This document shows, in pieces, positions 9,866-20,660 of a DNA stretch of 56,350 nt. Each line of letters opens with the position of its first letter. The stretch's first letter is position 1. The stretch is from Salinivirgaceae bacterium (GTDB lineage Bacteria > Bacteroidota > Bacteroidia > Bacteroidales > SZUA-534), in assembly GCA_024405635.1 (NCBI GenBank), contig JAKSOL010000021.1:1-56350 (forward strand), written 5' to 3'. Made by a program: the position numbers and the translations under genes. The notes under the pieces were generated by a model, which worked only from the letters and a program-made list of their open reading frames with translations, had not been told where the DNA came from and made no database searches.

Positions 9866-9985
9866 AGTATTTGTTGATTAGATTATCGTAAAAAAAATTT
9901 CGGCGAATTTAGGCTTTTTAGAGTTGTTCGCAAAGTTTAGTTTGCTCCAAAAACGCACAAAAATTCTATTGTTGGTTAGTTGACA

Positions 9986-10020
9986 TAAAAAAGTCGGAGT
10001 AAGTTTCCTCGCTCCGACTT
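9986..10020 (-). terminator. Intrinsic terminator after the OM barrel gene
   Basis: AAGTCGGAG/CTCCGACTT stem with T tract on the minus strand. Confidence 0.75.
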
Positions 10021-10053
10021 CATCTCTATGGGTCAATAAAAAAAACTGTGTGT

Positions 10054-12942
10054 TTACATACGTGGACCGCCCATTCTCATTCCTCCTGGAGGTGGCATCA
10101 TGCCGCCTGGGAAACGGTTGCTTTGTTTTTGTTCACCGTACGATTGGAATTTGTAGGTGAATGTAAGCATTACGTAGCGGCGAAGAACGTCGGTTGTGGT
10201 GGTGGTTACGTTATCGTTTTGGATGCTACGCGATACGCTTTGTGTTTTGTCAAGAATATCGTTCACTTTTAAGCGAAGTTCACCGCGGCGGTCTTTAAAG
10301 AATTTGCAACCAAAGGCAGCGTTCCATTGAACATAGTTGTTGTCGCGGTTGGCACCCAAACCGTTGGTGTAGGTATGAGCAGCATCGGTTGCAATAACAA
10401 AACGTGTGCCTAGTAATACGTTCAAGTTGCCACTCAATGTGTGGTTGTAGTAGTTTTGATTTCCCATTTTGTTCAAACTATTCTCCACAATGTTGTAACC
10501 GCCCCAGTATGATAAGGTAAAGTCAACGTTTTGGCTAATATTGCTCGACAATGTCAAGTTGCCTGTTAGCGAGTAGTTTTTGTTATCGCCCTTAGCTCCA
10601 TTTACTAAAGTTGGTGTGTTTGTCATATTGGCGCCAATGCCAAAGTTGGTGGTCGATTTAATCAACGACACTGGCATTGTGTAGTTCAAATTGGCGCGCA
10701 ACGAGTAAAAACCATTTGTGTTCACTGGTTTTACAATTGATGTTCCAGCTGGTAGCAATATTTGAATGTTATTGCCGTTTTCATCTTTTGAATCAAGATA
10801 TTGGTTCTCGCGATAGGTGTTAGTTGAGTTAGCAATGTAGTTTTGTGTAGTTGATAGGTTGAACATTGCAAAAATACCGCGCGAAGTAGCCATGTTGTTG
10901 CTTGCTATAAACAAGTTGATATTGTGGCTGTACGATTGTTTCAAGTTTGGATCACCAGTTGAGTAGCTCAAAATATTCGACATGTCAATTACCTCTTGCA
11001 ATTGGTTTACACTTGGAGCATTAGTGTTAGTACGGTAGTTTAGTCGAATGTTGTTGCCCATTCCTTTTTGAATTTGAATTCGGGCCGATGGCATAATGCT
11101 GCTGAAGTTTGTTTTTGTTGTGTTTTCAAAAGGATAAACTTGCTCGCTTTCAAGTTGAGCATTTTGATAGTCAACACCAAACGTAGCATTGAACACTTTG
11201 CCGTTAAATACGTTTAAGCCCAAACCTGCACGTTGACGTAGGTAACGTGTCTCTTTCTCATTTGACAAGTTTGATGAAAACTTATAGTCCTCTGGTGCAA
11301 ATTCCAAACCAAAGTCGTTTGATTCTGCTGAGTTCACTCTGCGGTTGCCCGAGTTAATATCGTACGATGGTGAGTAGTTAATTTGCAAAGCAACATGGTC
11401 GCCAAAAGGTTCAGTGTACATTAACGACGATGATAGTGATATTGATTTGGTATCGTTATCAGTCTTCTCTGACGATTTGCTATTAGTTGCAGCCTCTGCA
11501 ATACCTTCTGCATATTGATTAACCTTGTCAGTTTCTGAGTTATTGTCGCGATTGTTAATGTTTGTTGTTAACGAAAGCGATAGTGTTCGGCGTGGTAAGC
11601 TAAAACGGTGACGAGCTGTTAGCATTGCGCGGCCACGATACGATTTTGAATCGCTAGTTGATTCGTTTGAAGTGAAACGATAAAGGTTATCGTCGTAGAA
11701 GGTATTTGAAAGGTCTTTTGAGTAACTATCGCTACCTTGCCATGAGAAGTACGAACGTAGAATAATGTTGTTGTTCTTGTTAACGTCCCAATCGATGGTG
11801 AGGTTTAGATTGTGGTTATAGTTAGTAGACTCGCTGTCGCTAGTATCGGCTTCGGTGCGGAACTCATCTTCCTCGTTTATTTTAAAGTACTCTTTGTCCG
11901 ATGATGAGTTGCTAACGTTTTTGGTGTTGCCATATCGGTACGATGTCTCAATACGTATTGTATCCTCTTTGTCTAATGTGTAGTTTACACCAAATGAACC
12001 AGTACGGTTTTTGCCGCCATTGCCATTCCAGCCGCCACGGCCTCCCATCATTCCCATCATTCCCATGCCGCCACCGCTAACCGACGACATATCTTCCATT
12101 GAGAAGTTTTGTTGGTTAATGTTGTTTAATAGTCCGATTAACGACACCCGGTGGTCTCCGTAAAACATATTGTAGTTACCACCTGCTTCGTATCGAGGGT
12201 CGGTTCCATCGGTACCAACGCCAGCGTATGCGCGTCCAAAACGACCTTTTGAAATACCCATTTTGGTAAGAATGTTAATGGTGCGCTCTTCGTTACCGTC
12301 TGAAAAACCAGTAAATTCGGCTTGGTCGCTTTGTTTGTCGTAAACTTCAATTTTCGATACCATATCGGCCGAAATGTTTCGAAGTGCAGCCATTGGATCA
12401 TCGCCAAAAAACTCTTTGCCGTCAACCAATACTTTCTTTACTGTTTCGCCACCACTTTTAATTTCATTACCTTGAATTTGCATGCCTGGCATTTTTTTCA
12501 ACAGGTCTTCGGTAGTAGCATCAGGATTAACTTTAAATGCCTCAGCATTAAAAATAGTTGTGTCGTCGCGTTGCTCTTGACGTTGCATTACTCCAGTTAC
12601 TTTAACCTCGTCAAGTTCTTTTTCTTCAATTTTCAAACCTACAGTACCAATCTTTATATCTTGATTGGTTACCTCAATGGTTTTTTCGTACGATGAATAA
12701 CCAACGTATCCAATTTTTAAGTTCCATTTTCCTGCTGGAGTCTTGATGCGGAAATTACCGTCAAGGTCGGTAACTGAACCCATAATGTCACCTCCATTGG
12801 CTGGAGTAAGAGTTACTTGTGCACTTGGCAATCCTTGATTGTCTTTTTTGTCGATTACTGTACCATGCACATAAGCTTGTGCGAAAGTGGCGGTTGAAAT
12901 TACCATTGCCGACATTAGTGCGATTAGGTGTTTGATTCTCAT
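10054..12942 (-). CDS. Outer-membrane beta-barrel / TonB-dependent-receptor-like protein with N-terminal carboxypeptidase-regulatory-like domain
   Basis: Signal peptide, TDLDGNF, EDLLKKMPG, VDGKEFFGDDP plug motifs, C-terminal RYVMLTFTYKF strand. Confidence 0.85.
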   Translation of the reverse strand: MRIKHLIALMSAMVISTATFAQAYVHGTVIDKKDNQGLPSAQVTLTPANGGDIMGSVTDLDGNFRIKTPAGKWNLKIGYVGYSSYEKTIEVTNQDIKIGTVGLKIEEKELDEVKVTGVMQRQEQRDDTTIFNAEAFKVNPDATTEDLLKKMPGMQIQGNEIKSGGETVKKVLVDGKEFFGDDPMAALRNISADMVSKIEVYDKQSDQAEFTGFSDGNEERTINILTKMGISKGRFGRAYAGVGTDGTDPRYEAGGNYNMFYGDHRVSLIGLLNNINQQNFSMEDMSSVSGGGMGMMGMMGGRGGWNGNGGKNRTGSFGVNYTLDKEDTIRIETSYRYGNTKNVSNSSSDKEYFKINEEDEFRTEADTSDSESTNYNHNLNLTIDWDVNKNNNIILRSYFSWQGSDSYSKDLSNTFYDDNLYRFTSNESTSDSKSYRGRAMLTARHRFSLPRRTLSLSLTTNINNRDNNSETDKVNQYAEGIAEAATNSKSSEKTDNDTKSISLSSSLMYTEPFGDHVALQINYSPSYDINSGNRRVNSAESNDFGLEFAPEDYKFSSNLSNEKETRYLRQRAGLGLNVFNGKVFNATFGVDYQNAQLESEQVYPFENTTKTNFSSIMPSARIQIQKGMGNNIRLNYRTNTNAPSVNQLQEVIDMSNILSYSTGDPNLKQSYSHNINLFIASNNMATSRGIFAMFNLSTTQNYIANSTNTYRENQYLDSKDENGNNIQILLPAGTSIVKPVNTNGFYSLRANLNYTMPVSLIKSTTNFGIGANMTNTPTLVNGAKGDNKNYSLTGNLTLSSNISQNVDFTLSYWGGYNIVENSLNKMGNQNYYNHTLSGNLNVLLGTRFVIATDAAHTYTNGLGANRDNNYVQWNAAFGCKFFKDRRGELRLKVNDILDKTQSVSRSIQNDNVTTTTTDVLRRYVMLTFTYKFQSYGEQKQSNRFPGGMMPPPGGMRMGGPRM

Positions 12943-13022
12943 TTTTTATTTGTGTTATGTTGTTATTGAATATTTTCCGAATGCAAAAAAAATAAAGAGT
13001 AATAACCTAAAAAAGCAACATA

Positions 13023-13048
13023 GACGAAATCCGTTTTTTTACGGACGA
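13023..13048. promoter_or_regulatory. GACGA direct repeat at 21-bp spacing (possible LytTR-type site)
   Basis: GACGA at 13023 and 13044, upstream of the barrel gene. Confidence 0.3.
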
Positions 13049-13192
13049 GTAGGCTAAAAACCCGAAAATGTGCCTAAAAAAGCCGATGATTAGTTAAATG
13101 GGTTATGTCGCGTTTTAATATTCAAAATATAAAAGTTCTCCGTTTGTAGTTTCAATGTTTTTCTACCTTTGTTCAACTCAAATACAAATTAT

Positions 13193-13510
13193 ATGATTGA
13201 AGATTTTGAAAAAAACGATATTGCTCGCGATAGCAACGAATTGTTCTCAAAAGCGGTAAAGGCTGGTAAACGAACTTATTATTTCGATGTAAAATCGACC
13301 AAGCAAAACGATATGTATCTTACTATTACAGAAAGCAAAAAGCAGTTTGATGACAATGGCTTGGCTCATGTAGAAAAACACAAAATTTTTCTTTATAAAG
13401 AAGATTTTGAGAAGTTTACCGACGGCATGGCCGAGGCTCTTCAGTTCATTAGAGACAAACAAGGTTCTGACGATGCTTTTGATTCTATTTTGAAAAAGTT
13501 CGACGAATAA
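13193..13510 (+). CDS. DUF3276 / PUR-like nucleic-acid-binding protein
   Basis: FSKAVKAGKRTYYFDVK, YLTITESKK, KHKIFLYKEDFEKF; start set at ATG 13193, after TTTG (13143) and TACCTTTG (13164) promoter boxes. Confidence 0.88.
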   Translation: MIEDFEKNDIARDSNELFSKAVKAGKRTYYFDVKSTKQNDMYLTITESKKQFDDNGLAHVEKHKIFLYKEDFEKFTDGMAEALQFIRDKQGSDDAFDSILKKFDE

Positions 13511-13526
13511 ACGCGTTACTTTATAT

Positions 13527-13561
13527 AAAAAGAGCGACTCTACTGAGCCACTCTTTTTTTT
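13527..13561. terminator. Bidirectional terminator
   Basis: A tract, imperfect AGAGCGACTC/GAGCCACTCT stem, T tract between convergent genes. Confidence 0.6.
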
Positions 13562-13580
13562 GTGTGTTTTAAGATTGACG

Positions 13581-13883
13581 CTAAAATTCGTAGTCAACAG
13601 CGGTGCGGCTTAATGCTGCACTTTTAATAAATCCTACGCATTTAAGATGCTCCGGATGATTGGCGTAAACCTCAAGATCGGCCATAGAGGCAAAGTCGCC
13701 TACTAAAACTACATCGGCATTTTTGCCTTCGTAAGCGCAATTAATGCCAACTTCAAGTTTCACAATTTCGCTAATAACACCATTAAGTGACTCAAGGTCT
13801 TGTTTCATTTTTTCTGCGATTTGCTTTTTGGACATGCCGTTAAGCTCGTCGCGCAATGTCCATACTACAATGTGACGTACCAT
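13581..13883 (-). CDS. Dabb family stress-responsive alpha/beta barrel protein
   Basis: MVRHIVVW, EVGIN, YANHPEH, VDYE motifs. Confidence 0.88.
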   Translation of the reverse strand: MVRHIVVWTLRDELNGMSKKQIAEKMKQDLESLNGVISEIVKLEVGINCAYEGKNADVVLVGDFASMADLEVYANHPEHLKCVGFIKSAALSRTAVDYEF

Positions 13884-13898
13884 TTTATTTATTTTTAA

Positions 13899-14693
13899 TT
13901 ATTCGTTGTCTGGCAACTCATCACCAATGTTTCCTTCGTCAATAAAGTCTATTGGTGTTGCTGTAAATGTATTACCTGTTTTCTCGCGTTGGGCAACTAT
14001 TTCGGCAATTTCTTCAAAGCTCAGTTCTTTTACATTGGTTACTAAAAAGTCGTGCGTTAAAAAATTGCCAAACTCGTTACATGTTTTAACTGCATCAATT
14101 ATCAGTTTATCGAATTGAACATTGAGAGGTATAAGAAGTTTTGTTGCAGCATATTTCCCATTAAATTCAATCGATTCCAGTTCCGATTGGTTCTCTTTCA
14201 TTGCTGTCTCAAATTCCGACTTTACCAATTTTTGTTGAAATTCGGCAAATTCTTCGTTGTTTGAAATTAGTACAACAAAATATCGAAGTTTGTTGTTTCG
14301 GCCACCTAATCCAGTTGATACAAATACTTGACGTTCGTTAAGCAACGAACCCTCAATTAGCATTTTACTTTCGTTTTTTGCCATAAGAGCCCAAGCATGT
14401 AATGGGTTTTCTGTGTCCTTGGCATATTCTTCAATAATACGAAAGGCGCGCGCATCATCAATGCTGGCTAATTTAATCAGTAGCACTTTGCGGTCTTCGT
14501 CGCTTAAGGTTTCGGAGTTAATGTTTTCAAGCATATCAACATTCAAGTCGTCGTCAAGTTCTTTATGTACTTGTTTTGATGTCTTGAAGTATTCCATTTG
14601 CAAGTTCACATCAATAGGCTCGTCAATGGCATTGAATCCGTTTGGAAACAGATTCATTAGTTTGTTCATTTCGTTTTGGAAATCAATCTCCAT
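13899..14693 (-). CDS. Conserved hypothetical protein
   Basis: 264-aa ORF co-oriented with the Dabb gene; STGLGGRNNKLRYF segment; no function recognised. Confidence 0.8.
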   Translation of the reverse strand: MEIDFQNEMNKLMNLFPNGFNAIDEPIDVNLQMEYFKTSKQVHKELDDDLNVDMLENINSETLSDEDRKVLLIKLASIDDARAFRIIEEYAKDTENPLHAWALMAKNESKMLIEGSLLNERQVFVSTGLGGRNNKLRYFVVLISNNEEFAEFQQKLVKSEFETAMKENQSELESIEFNGKYAATKLLIPLNVQFDKLIIDAVKTCNEFGNFLTHDFLVTNVKELSFEEIAEIVAQREKTGNTFTATPIDFIDEGNIGDELPDNE

Positions 14694-14849
14694 ATTTTGT
14701 TTGGGGTTGATGGTTATTGCAAATCGTTTTGTGCTTTTTCAGAAAGCGGTCAAAGGTAAAAAGAACTATACAAAATGATTACTTTTGCTTTTGTATTTTC
14801 GGTTTGCCCGCTAATCGTACAATGTTTAAATAAATTATAATGCAATATA

Positions 14850-16955
14850 ATGTTACTATCAGAAACTAAACTACCTCGAAAAAAAGAGTTTGCAGTAGCT
14901 TTAATATGGCTTGTGGCACTAGTGCTTTTTGTGGCGCTTTTGCCAAAAAAACAAATGTTTAAGTACGACATTCAAAAAGGAAAAGAGTGGCTGTACGAAG
15001 ATCTTTTTGCCCCTTTTGATTTTGCTATTATAAAATCGAACTCCGAAATTAAAACGGAACGAGATAGTATATTGCGACTTTCTAGGTTGTGCTTTGTGAA
15101 GCAAGATTGGGTTGAGCAAAGTAAGATAGTTGAGTTTAAACGCAATTTTGACCATCAGTGCAATGTGGCTATTGATGCAGTTAAGATGCGTTATCCGCAT
15201 TTCCAATTAAGCCAACGAATGAAGGATAGTGTACTAAATGTGTCAGTAAGTATTCTGTCTAATGTTTATGATAATGGTATCTGCTCATATAATGAGGAAC
15301 TAGACCGCGAGTTTTTGAAACAGCCAGTTGCACTTATTAATAATAAAGTGACGCGTGTAGTTTCTCCCGACAATTTTTTTAACCTAAAAGAAGCAAAACA
15401 ATATGTTTCGGCACAGTTTAATAAGCATTTCGATAATCATTTGACTCTTATTTTGTTGTCCGACAATCTAAACCTTCACGATTATATTGCTCCTAATGTT
15501 GAGTACAATAAAGACCTTACCGAGCGTATGAGATACGATGCCATACGAAAAATTTCAACTACTAGAGGTATGGTTCAAGCGGGACAATCGATTATCAACA
15601 GAGGTGAACTTATAGATGGTAATAAGCATCGCATTCTTGAATCGTTGAAACAAGAATATGAAAACATGGGACAAAATACAACTATATGGTTGTTGCTTGG
15701 CCAGGTTTTATTTGTATCGATTTTGCTTTTTGTACTTTATCTATTCCTAATCAATTATAGATTTGATGTGTTTGAGTCGCCACTGAAACTAGTTTTTATT
15801 CTTGGAATGGGAGTGCTTACTGTTGCAATGTTGGCCTTTTCAAATCGTTATAAAATTGGTGATGTTCTCATACTTCCGTTTGCCATTTTGCCAATAGTAG
15901 TGCGAGCCTTTTTTAGCGGCAGGCAAACTTTTTTCATCAACACGTTCTTTTTGCTTATATGTGGACTGTTGGCCCCAAGTGGGTTTGAATTTATAGTGAT
16001 GCAGATGGTGGCTGGAGCGGTTGTCATTTTTTGCTTTTCGCGCATGTGTAAACGCACACAAATGGCATTGGCTGTTTTACTTGCAACGTTGTCGTACATG
16101 GCAACATACACAGCTCTACAACTTTTACACGAGGGAAATGTTACCCAAATAGAGTTGCGCCCATATTTTGAATTGGCAATAAATGGTGCACTTTTATTCA
16201 TTAGCTATCCACTTATTTATGTTACTGAGCGAATGTTTCGCTTAGTGTCAAATGTCACGTTGCTTGAATTGTCTGACACAAACCAACCATTATTGCGTTT
16301 GTTGGCCGAAAAAGCTCCAGGGACATTCCAACATGCACTACAAACAGCTAATCTTGGCGAAGAGGCAATTAGAAAAATTGGTGGTAATTCTTTGCTGATG
16401 CGTGTTGGTGCTTTGTATCATGATATTGGTAAAATTGAAGCTTCGCAGTGGTTCAGCGAAAACCAATCGGGACAAAATCCGCTTGATCAACTTTCAAATG
16501 TCGAAAGTGCTAGCATCATTCTCAATCACGTAACCAAAGGTATTGAGCTAGCTCGCCAATATAAACTACCTATACAGATTACTGAATTTATTGCAACACA
16601 TCATGGCACCAGTCATGTACAATATTTTTATAACAAAGAGGTGAATGAAAAAGGAATGGAAAATGTTGATATTGAGAAATTTACCTATAAAGGGCAAAAA
16701 CCTGTTACAAAAGAATGTGCAGTGCTGATGTTTGCTGATGCAGTTGAAGCGGCTTCTCGCTCACTTAAAGAATTTTCCGATAAGTCTATTGGCGATTTGG
16801 TTGAAAGAGTGATTGATGGTAAGATTACTGAAAACCAAATGAGTAATGCTCAAATAACATTTAAGGATGTAAAAACTATTAAACAAGTTTTTAAAAACAA
16901 ACTACGTAATATTTATCATACTCGAATTGAATATCCACGAATAAATAAAGTGTAG
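14850..16955 (+). CDS. Membrane 7TM-HD (HDIG) phosphohydrolase, PgpH-like
   Basis: Extracytoplasmic domain, multiple TM helices, APGTFQH, YHDIGK, HHGT, ADAVEAASRS. Confidence 0.92.
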   Translation: MLLSETKLPRKKEFAVALIWLVALVLFVALLPKKQMFKYDIQKGKEWLYEDLFAPFDFAIIKSNSEIKTERDSILRLSRLCFVKQDWVEQSKIVEFKRNFDHQCNVAIDAVKMRYPHFQLSQRMKDSVLNVSVSILSNVYDNGICSYNEELDREFLKQPVALINNKVTRVVSPDNFFNLKEAKQYVSAQFNKHFDNHLTLILLSDNLNLHDYIAPNVEYNKDLTERMRYDAIRKISTTRGMVQAGQSIINRGELIDGNKHRILESLKQEYENMGQNTTIWLLLGQVLFVSILLFVLYLFLINYRFDVFESPLKLVFILGMGVLTVAMLAFSNRYKIGDVLILPFAILPIVVRAFFSGRQTFFINTFFLLICGLLAPSGFEFIVMQMVAGAVVIFCFSRMCKRTQMALAVLLATLSYMATYTALQLLHEGNVTQIELRPYFELAINGALLFISYPLIYVTERMFRLVSNVTLLELSDTNQPLLRLLAEKAPGTFQHALQTANLGEEAIRKIGGNSLLMRVGALYHDIGKIEASQWFSENQSGQNPLDQLSNVESASIILNHVTKGIELARQYKLPIQITEFIATHHGTSHVQYFYNKEVNEKGMENVDIEKFTYKGQKPVTKECAVLMFADAVEAASRSLKEFSDKSIGDLVERVIDGKITENQMSNAQITFKDVKTIKQVFKNKLRNIYHTRIEYPRINKV

Positions 16956-16978
16956 CCACACCATATTATATATGTAAC

Positions 16979-17014
16979 AAAAAAACGCCCGCAATTTTTT
17001 GTGGGCGTTTTTGT
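16979..17014. terminator. Bidirectional terminator
   Basis: AAAAACGCCCGC...GTGGGCGTTTTT between convergent genes. Confidence 0.8.
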
Positions 17015-17037
17015 TTCTTGACTATGTCTATACAATG

Positions 17038-19209
17038 TTAGTTGCCTTCGTTGCTAATAAACTTAATGCGCATCAGTCTGATATCTTCTTCAGAGTAATC
17101 GTCTTCGCCAAGTTCTTCAAGTGCCTTTTCAATTGAATCGTCTTCAGCCTCTTTAAAATATTCATAAACTTCGTCTTGGTAATCTTGGTCCAAGCGTTCG
17201 TTTATGTAATAATCAATGTTGAGTTTTGTTCCAGAATATACAATTGTTTCTATTTCCTTAAGTAACTCATCAATCTCAAGACCGCAAGCATCAGCTAGTG
17301 TCTCAAATGGCATTCGGCGGTCAATGCTGTGGATAATTTTTAGTTTCTGCTCCGATTTTTTTGGTACTGATTTTACAATCATATCCATGGGGCGGATAAT
17401 CTCGTTTTCTTCTACGTACTTTTTAATTAGTTCGCAGAATTCTTTACCAAACTTTTGAGCCTTGCCTTGTCCAACTCCAGTCATTGTTTGCAGCTCTTCC
17501 ATTGTTATTGGATAGTGAATGGACATATCTTGCAACGATGCCTCTTGAAATATTACAAAAGGAGGAAGATTGTTTCGCTTAGCCACCGATTTGCACAAAC
17601 TTTTAAGCATGTTGTATAATGTTTCGTCGGCCGCTGCAGCTCCTCCACTACCTTTCTCTTCCATATCTGAAGCCTCTTGCTCGTAGTCGTGATCTTTTAC
17701 AATCATAATCGGCTGGGGTGACTTCATAAAGGCGCGACCTTCGTCTGTAATTTTCAGTACTCCATATTTCTCAATATCTTTTGAAATGAGTTTAGCAATG
17801 TATGCGTGTCTGATTATTGTGTCCCAATATTTTTTATCGTGATCGTCGCCAATTCCAAACTCATCAAGTTGAAAATGTTTATTGGAGTTAACTTCAGCTG
17901 ATTCAATTCCACAAATCACCTCTGCAATGTAAGTAGCTTTGTATGATTCTTTGGTAACATCAATCACCTTTAATGCTTTAACCACGTCATCCTTTCCGTC
18001 AAATTGCTCACGAGGGTGAAGGCAGTTGTCGCAGCAACCACAATTGTCTTGAGTGTAGTCCTCACCAAAATATTTTAGTAGGTGTTTGCGCCTACACATA
18101 GCTAACTCGGCATAGGTTACTGTTTCGGTGAGTAGCAGTCGCCCAATCTCAATTTCCGATTGAGGTTTACCTTGCATAAACTTCTCAAGCATTTGAATGT
18201 CTTTATATGAGTAGAATGCAATGCAACGACCTTCTCCACCATCGCGGCCAGCACGGCCAGTTTCTTGATAATAACCTTCCAGACTTTTGGGCATATCGTA
18301 GTGTATAACAAATCTAATGTCTGGTTTGTCAATACCCATACCAAAAGCAATGGTGGCTACAATAACCGATATTTCTTCTTTCAAAAACTTATCTTGGTTT
18401 TCGCTCCTTACTGACGATTCAAGACCTGCATGATATGGAGCCGCCTTTATACCGTTGGCTTGTAAAATTTCTGCCAACTCTTCAACCTTTTTGCGGCTCA
18501 AACAATATATAATGCCTGATTTCCCTTCGTTATTCTTAATAAACTTGATGATTTCTCTATTTGGTTCAACTTTTGGACGTACCTCATAGTACAAGTTTGG
18601 CCGGTTAAACGACGATTTAAATACATCAGCATCTGGAATGCCCAAACTTTTTAGAATATCACTTTGAACTTTTGGGGTAGCAGTTGCTGTAAGTGCAACA
18701 ATGGGGGCTCTTCCAATTTCTTCAACTATGTCGCGAATACGCCTATATTCTGGACGAAAATCGTGCCCCCATTCTGAAATGCAATGAGCCTCGTCAATGG
18801 CATAAAACGACACTTTTGTTTGTCGCAAAAATTGAATGTTTTCTTCTTTGGTGAGAGATTCTGGTGCGACATACAACATTTTTGTGATGCCTTTTAAAAT
18901 ATCATCTTTTACCTCTTGTATTTCTGATTTTGAAAGAGATGAATTTAAAAAGTGCGCTACGCCTTCAACGTCGCTTATACCACGCATTACATCAACTTGA
19001 TTCTTCATCAGCGCAATAAGAGGAGATATAATTATGGCTGTTCCTTCCTGAATTAGAGCAGGCATCTGATAGCACAATGATTTACCTCCGCCAGTTGGCA
19101 TCAGCACAAAAGTGTCGCGTTGGTTCAGAATATTTTTGATTATTATTTCCTGATTGCCCTTAAATGAGTCAAATCCGAAATATTTCTTCAGATAATCCTT
19201 TAGTTCCAT
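17038..19209 (-). CDS. recQ: DNA helicase RecQ
   Basis: MPTGGGKSLCYQ, DEAHCISEWGHDFRP, QETGRAGRDG, Zn-binding, RQC and HRDC regions. Confidence 0.96.
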   Translation of the reverse strand: MELKDYLKKYFGFDSFKGNQEIIIKNILNQRDTFVLMPTGGGKSLCYQMPALIQEGTAIIISPLIALMKNQVDVMRGISDVEGVAHFLNSSLSKSEIQEVKDDILKGITKMLYVAPESLTKEENIQFLRQTKVSFYAIDEAHCISEWGHDFRPEYRRIRDIVEEIGRAPIVALTATATPKVQSDILKSLGIPDADVFKSSFNRPNLYYEVRPKVEPNREIIKFIKNNEGKSGIIYCLSRKKVEELAEILQANGIKAAPYHAGLESSVRSENQDKFLKEEISVIVATIAFGMGIDKPDIRFVIHYDMPKSLEGYYQETGRAGRDGGEGRCIAFYSYKDIQMLEKFMQGKPQSEIEIGRLLLTETVTYAELAMCRRKHLLKYFGEDYTQDNCGCCDNCLHPREQFDGKDDVVKALKVIDVTKESYKATYIAEVICGIESAEVNSNKHFQLDEFGIGDDHDKKYWDTIIRHAYIAKLISKDIEKYGVLKITDEGRAFMKSPQPIMIVKDHDYEQEASDMEEKGSGGAAAADETLYNMLKSLCKSVAKRNNLPPFVIFQEASLQDMSIHYPITMEELQTMTGVGQGKAQKFGKEFCELIKKYVEENEIIRPMDMIVKSVPKKSEQKLKIIHSIDRRMPFETLADACGLEIDELLKEIETIVYSGTKLNIDYYINERLDQDYQDEVYEYFKEAEDDSIEKALEELGEDDYSEEDIRLMRIKFISNEGN

Positions 19210-19343
19210 TTTGCCTTTTTTCTATTTTCGCTTGAAAATATAAAAAATATCGCTTGTATAGATGTTTGTAACAAAAATTGAAAGATATATTTTACAAAAT
19301 ATCAATTCAACAACTGCAAACACAATAATATCATTGATTTAAG

Positions 19344-20312
19344 ATGAAAAAAACTCAAGAAATAATAAGCTGTGCATTAAATGTTATTAAACAAGAAGAA
19401 AATACAGTGCGACAACTTGCACAATATATAAATAGTGATTTTGTGGTTGCTGTTGAAACCATATTAAATTGTAAGGGTAGGCTTGTGGTAACAGGAATTG
19501 GTAAAAGTGCCATAATTGCTCAAAAAATCGTAGCAACAATGAATTCTACAGGAACGCCCGCATTGTTTATGCATGCTGCCGATGCTATTCATGGCGATTT
19601 GGGTATGATTCAAAAGAATGACATTGTAATGCTATTATCGCGAAGTGGTAATACACCAGAAATAAAGGTACTTATACCTATATTAAAAATGCGTGGCAGT
19701 AAAATGATAGCTTTGGTGTCTGATACTAACTCTTATTTGGCTCAGCATGCCGATATTATTATTAATGCTTATACTGAGCACGAGGCTTGCCCTAATAATC
19801 TTGCGCCAACTTCAAGCACAACCGCACAATTAGTTATGGGCGATGCTTTGGCTGTGTCATTACTAGAATGTCGAGGCTTTTCTCCTGCTGATTTTGCAAA
19901 ATACCACCCAGGAGGTTCTTTGGGAAAAAGATTATATACGCGGGTTGAGGATTTATATAAAAATAATGAGTGTCCTCAAGTTGGGCTTGATGCCCCTATA
20001 GGTCAGGTGATTTTGGAAATGACGTCTAAACGATTAGGAGCCACTGCCGTTGTGGACGATTGTGGTTGTCTGCGAGGAATAATAACAGATGGCGATCTTA
20101 GAAGAATGCTTGTTTCTGGTCGTGCGCTTGAAAATCTTACAGCAAAGGACATTATGTGTAGCACTCCAAAAACTATTGATGAAAATGAAATGGCTGTAAG
20201 CGCCTTTCATTTAATGGAGCAAAACCACATAACACAATTAGTTGTTACTAAAGATGGAAAGTATTTGGGAATGATTCACATACATGATATCTTGCAAGAA
20301 GGTATTGTGTAG
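19344..20312 (+). CDS. kdsD: KpsF/GutQ family arabinose-5-phosphate isomerase
   Basis: GIGKS, HGDLG, APTSSTT, HPGGSLG, C-terminal CBS pair. Confidence 0.9.
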   Translation: MKKTQEIISCALNVIKQEENTVRQLAQYINSDFVVAVETILNCKGRLVVTGIGKSAIIAQKIVATMNSTGTPALFMHAADAIHGDLGMIQKNDIVMLLSRSGNTPEIKVLIPILKMRGSKMIALVSDTNSYLAQHADIIINAYTEHEACPNNLAPTSSTTAQLVMGDALAVSLLECRGFSPADFAKYHPGGSLGKRLYTRVEDLYKNNECPQVGLDAPIGQVILEMTSKRLGATAVVDDCGCLRGIITDGDLRRMLVSGRALENLTAKDIMCSTPKTIDENEMAVSAFHLMEQNHITQLVVTKDGKYLGMIHIHDILQEGIV

Positions 20313-20330
20313 AGGTCTGGTGATATATTT

Positions 20331-20370
20331 AAAAGAGGCGTTCCAATTATATTGGAGCGCTTTTTTTTTG
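20331..20370 (+). terminator. Intrinsic terminator
   Basis: GGCGTTCCAAT/ATTGGAGCGCT stem followed by T tract. Confidence 0.75.
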
Positions 20371-20583
20371 TTTGAAAAAACACTATTTGGGTTTGGTTTG
20401 AAATAAAAAAATCGATTTTTAAGACAGAAATAATTAACAATAACATGTGGATAACGTGCCACTTTGCGATGCGCTGACTTGTTAATTACTCTGTTAACTA
20501 GTTTGTGTAGTGTTTTTGTAATACGTTAATTGTCCGACAGATAAGACATGAACAAAAAAATCAAAAGAATTGTTTTACAACTA

Positions 20584-20613
20584 TTTGCGCAATTCAAAAA
20601 AAGTATACCTTTG
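20584..20613 (+). promoter_or_regulatory. Promoter of the str operon (-33 TTTG, -7 TACCTTTG)
   Basis: Both Bacteroidota housekeeping-sigma elements at typical spacing upstream of rpsL. Confidence 0.75.
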
Positions 20614-20660
20614 CACACCTATTTTGTAGAAGAGTATATACATTTATTTAACATTTAAAT

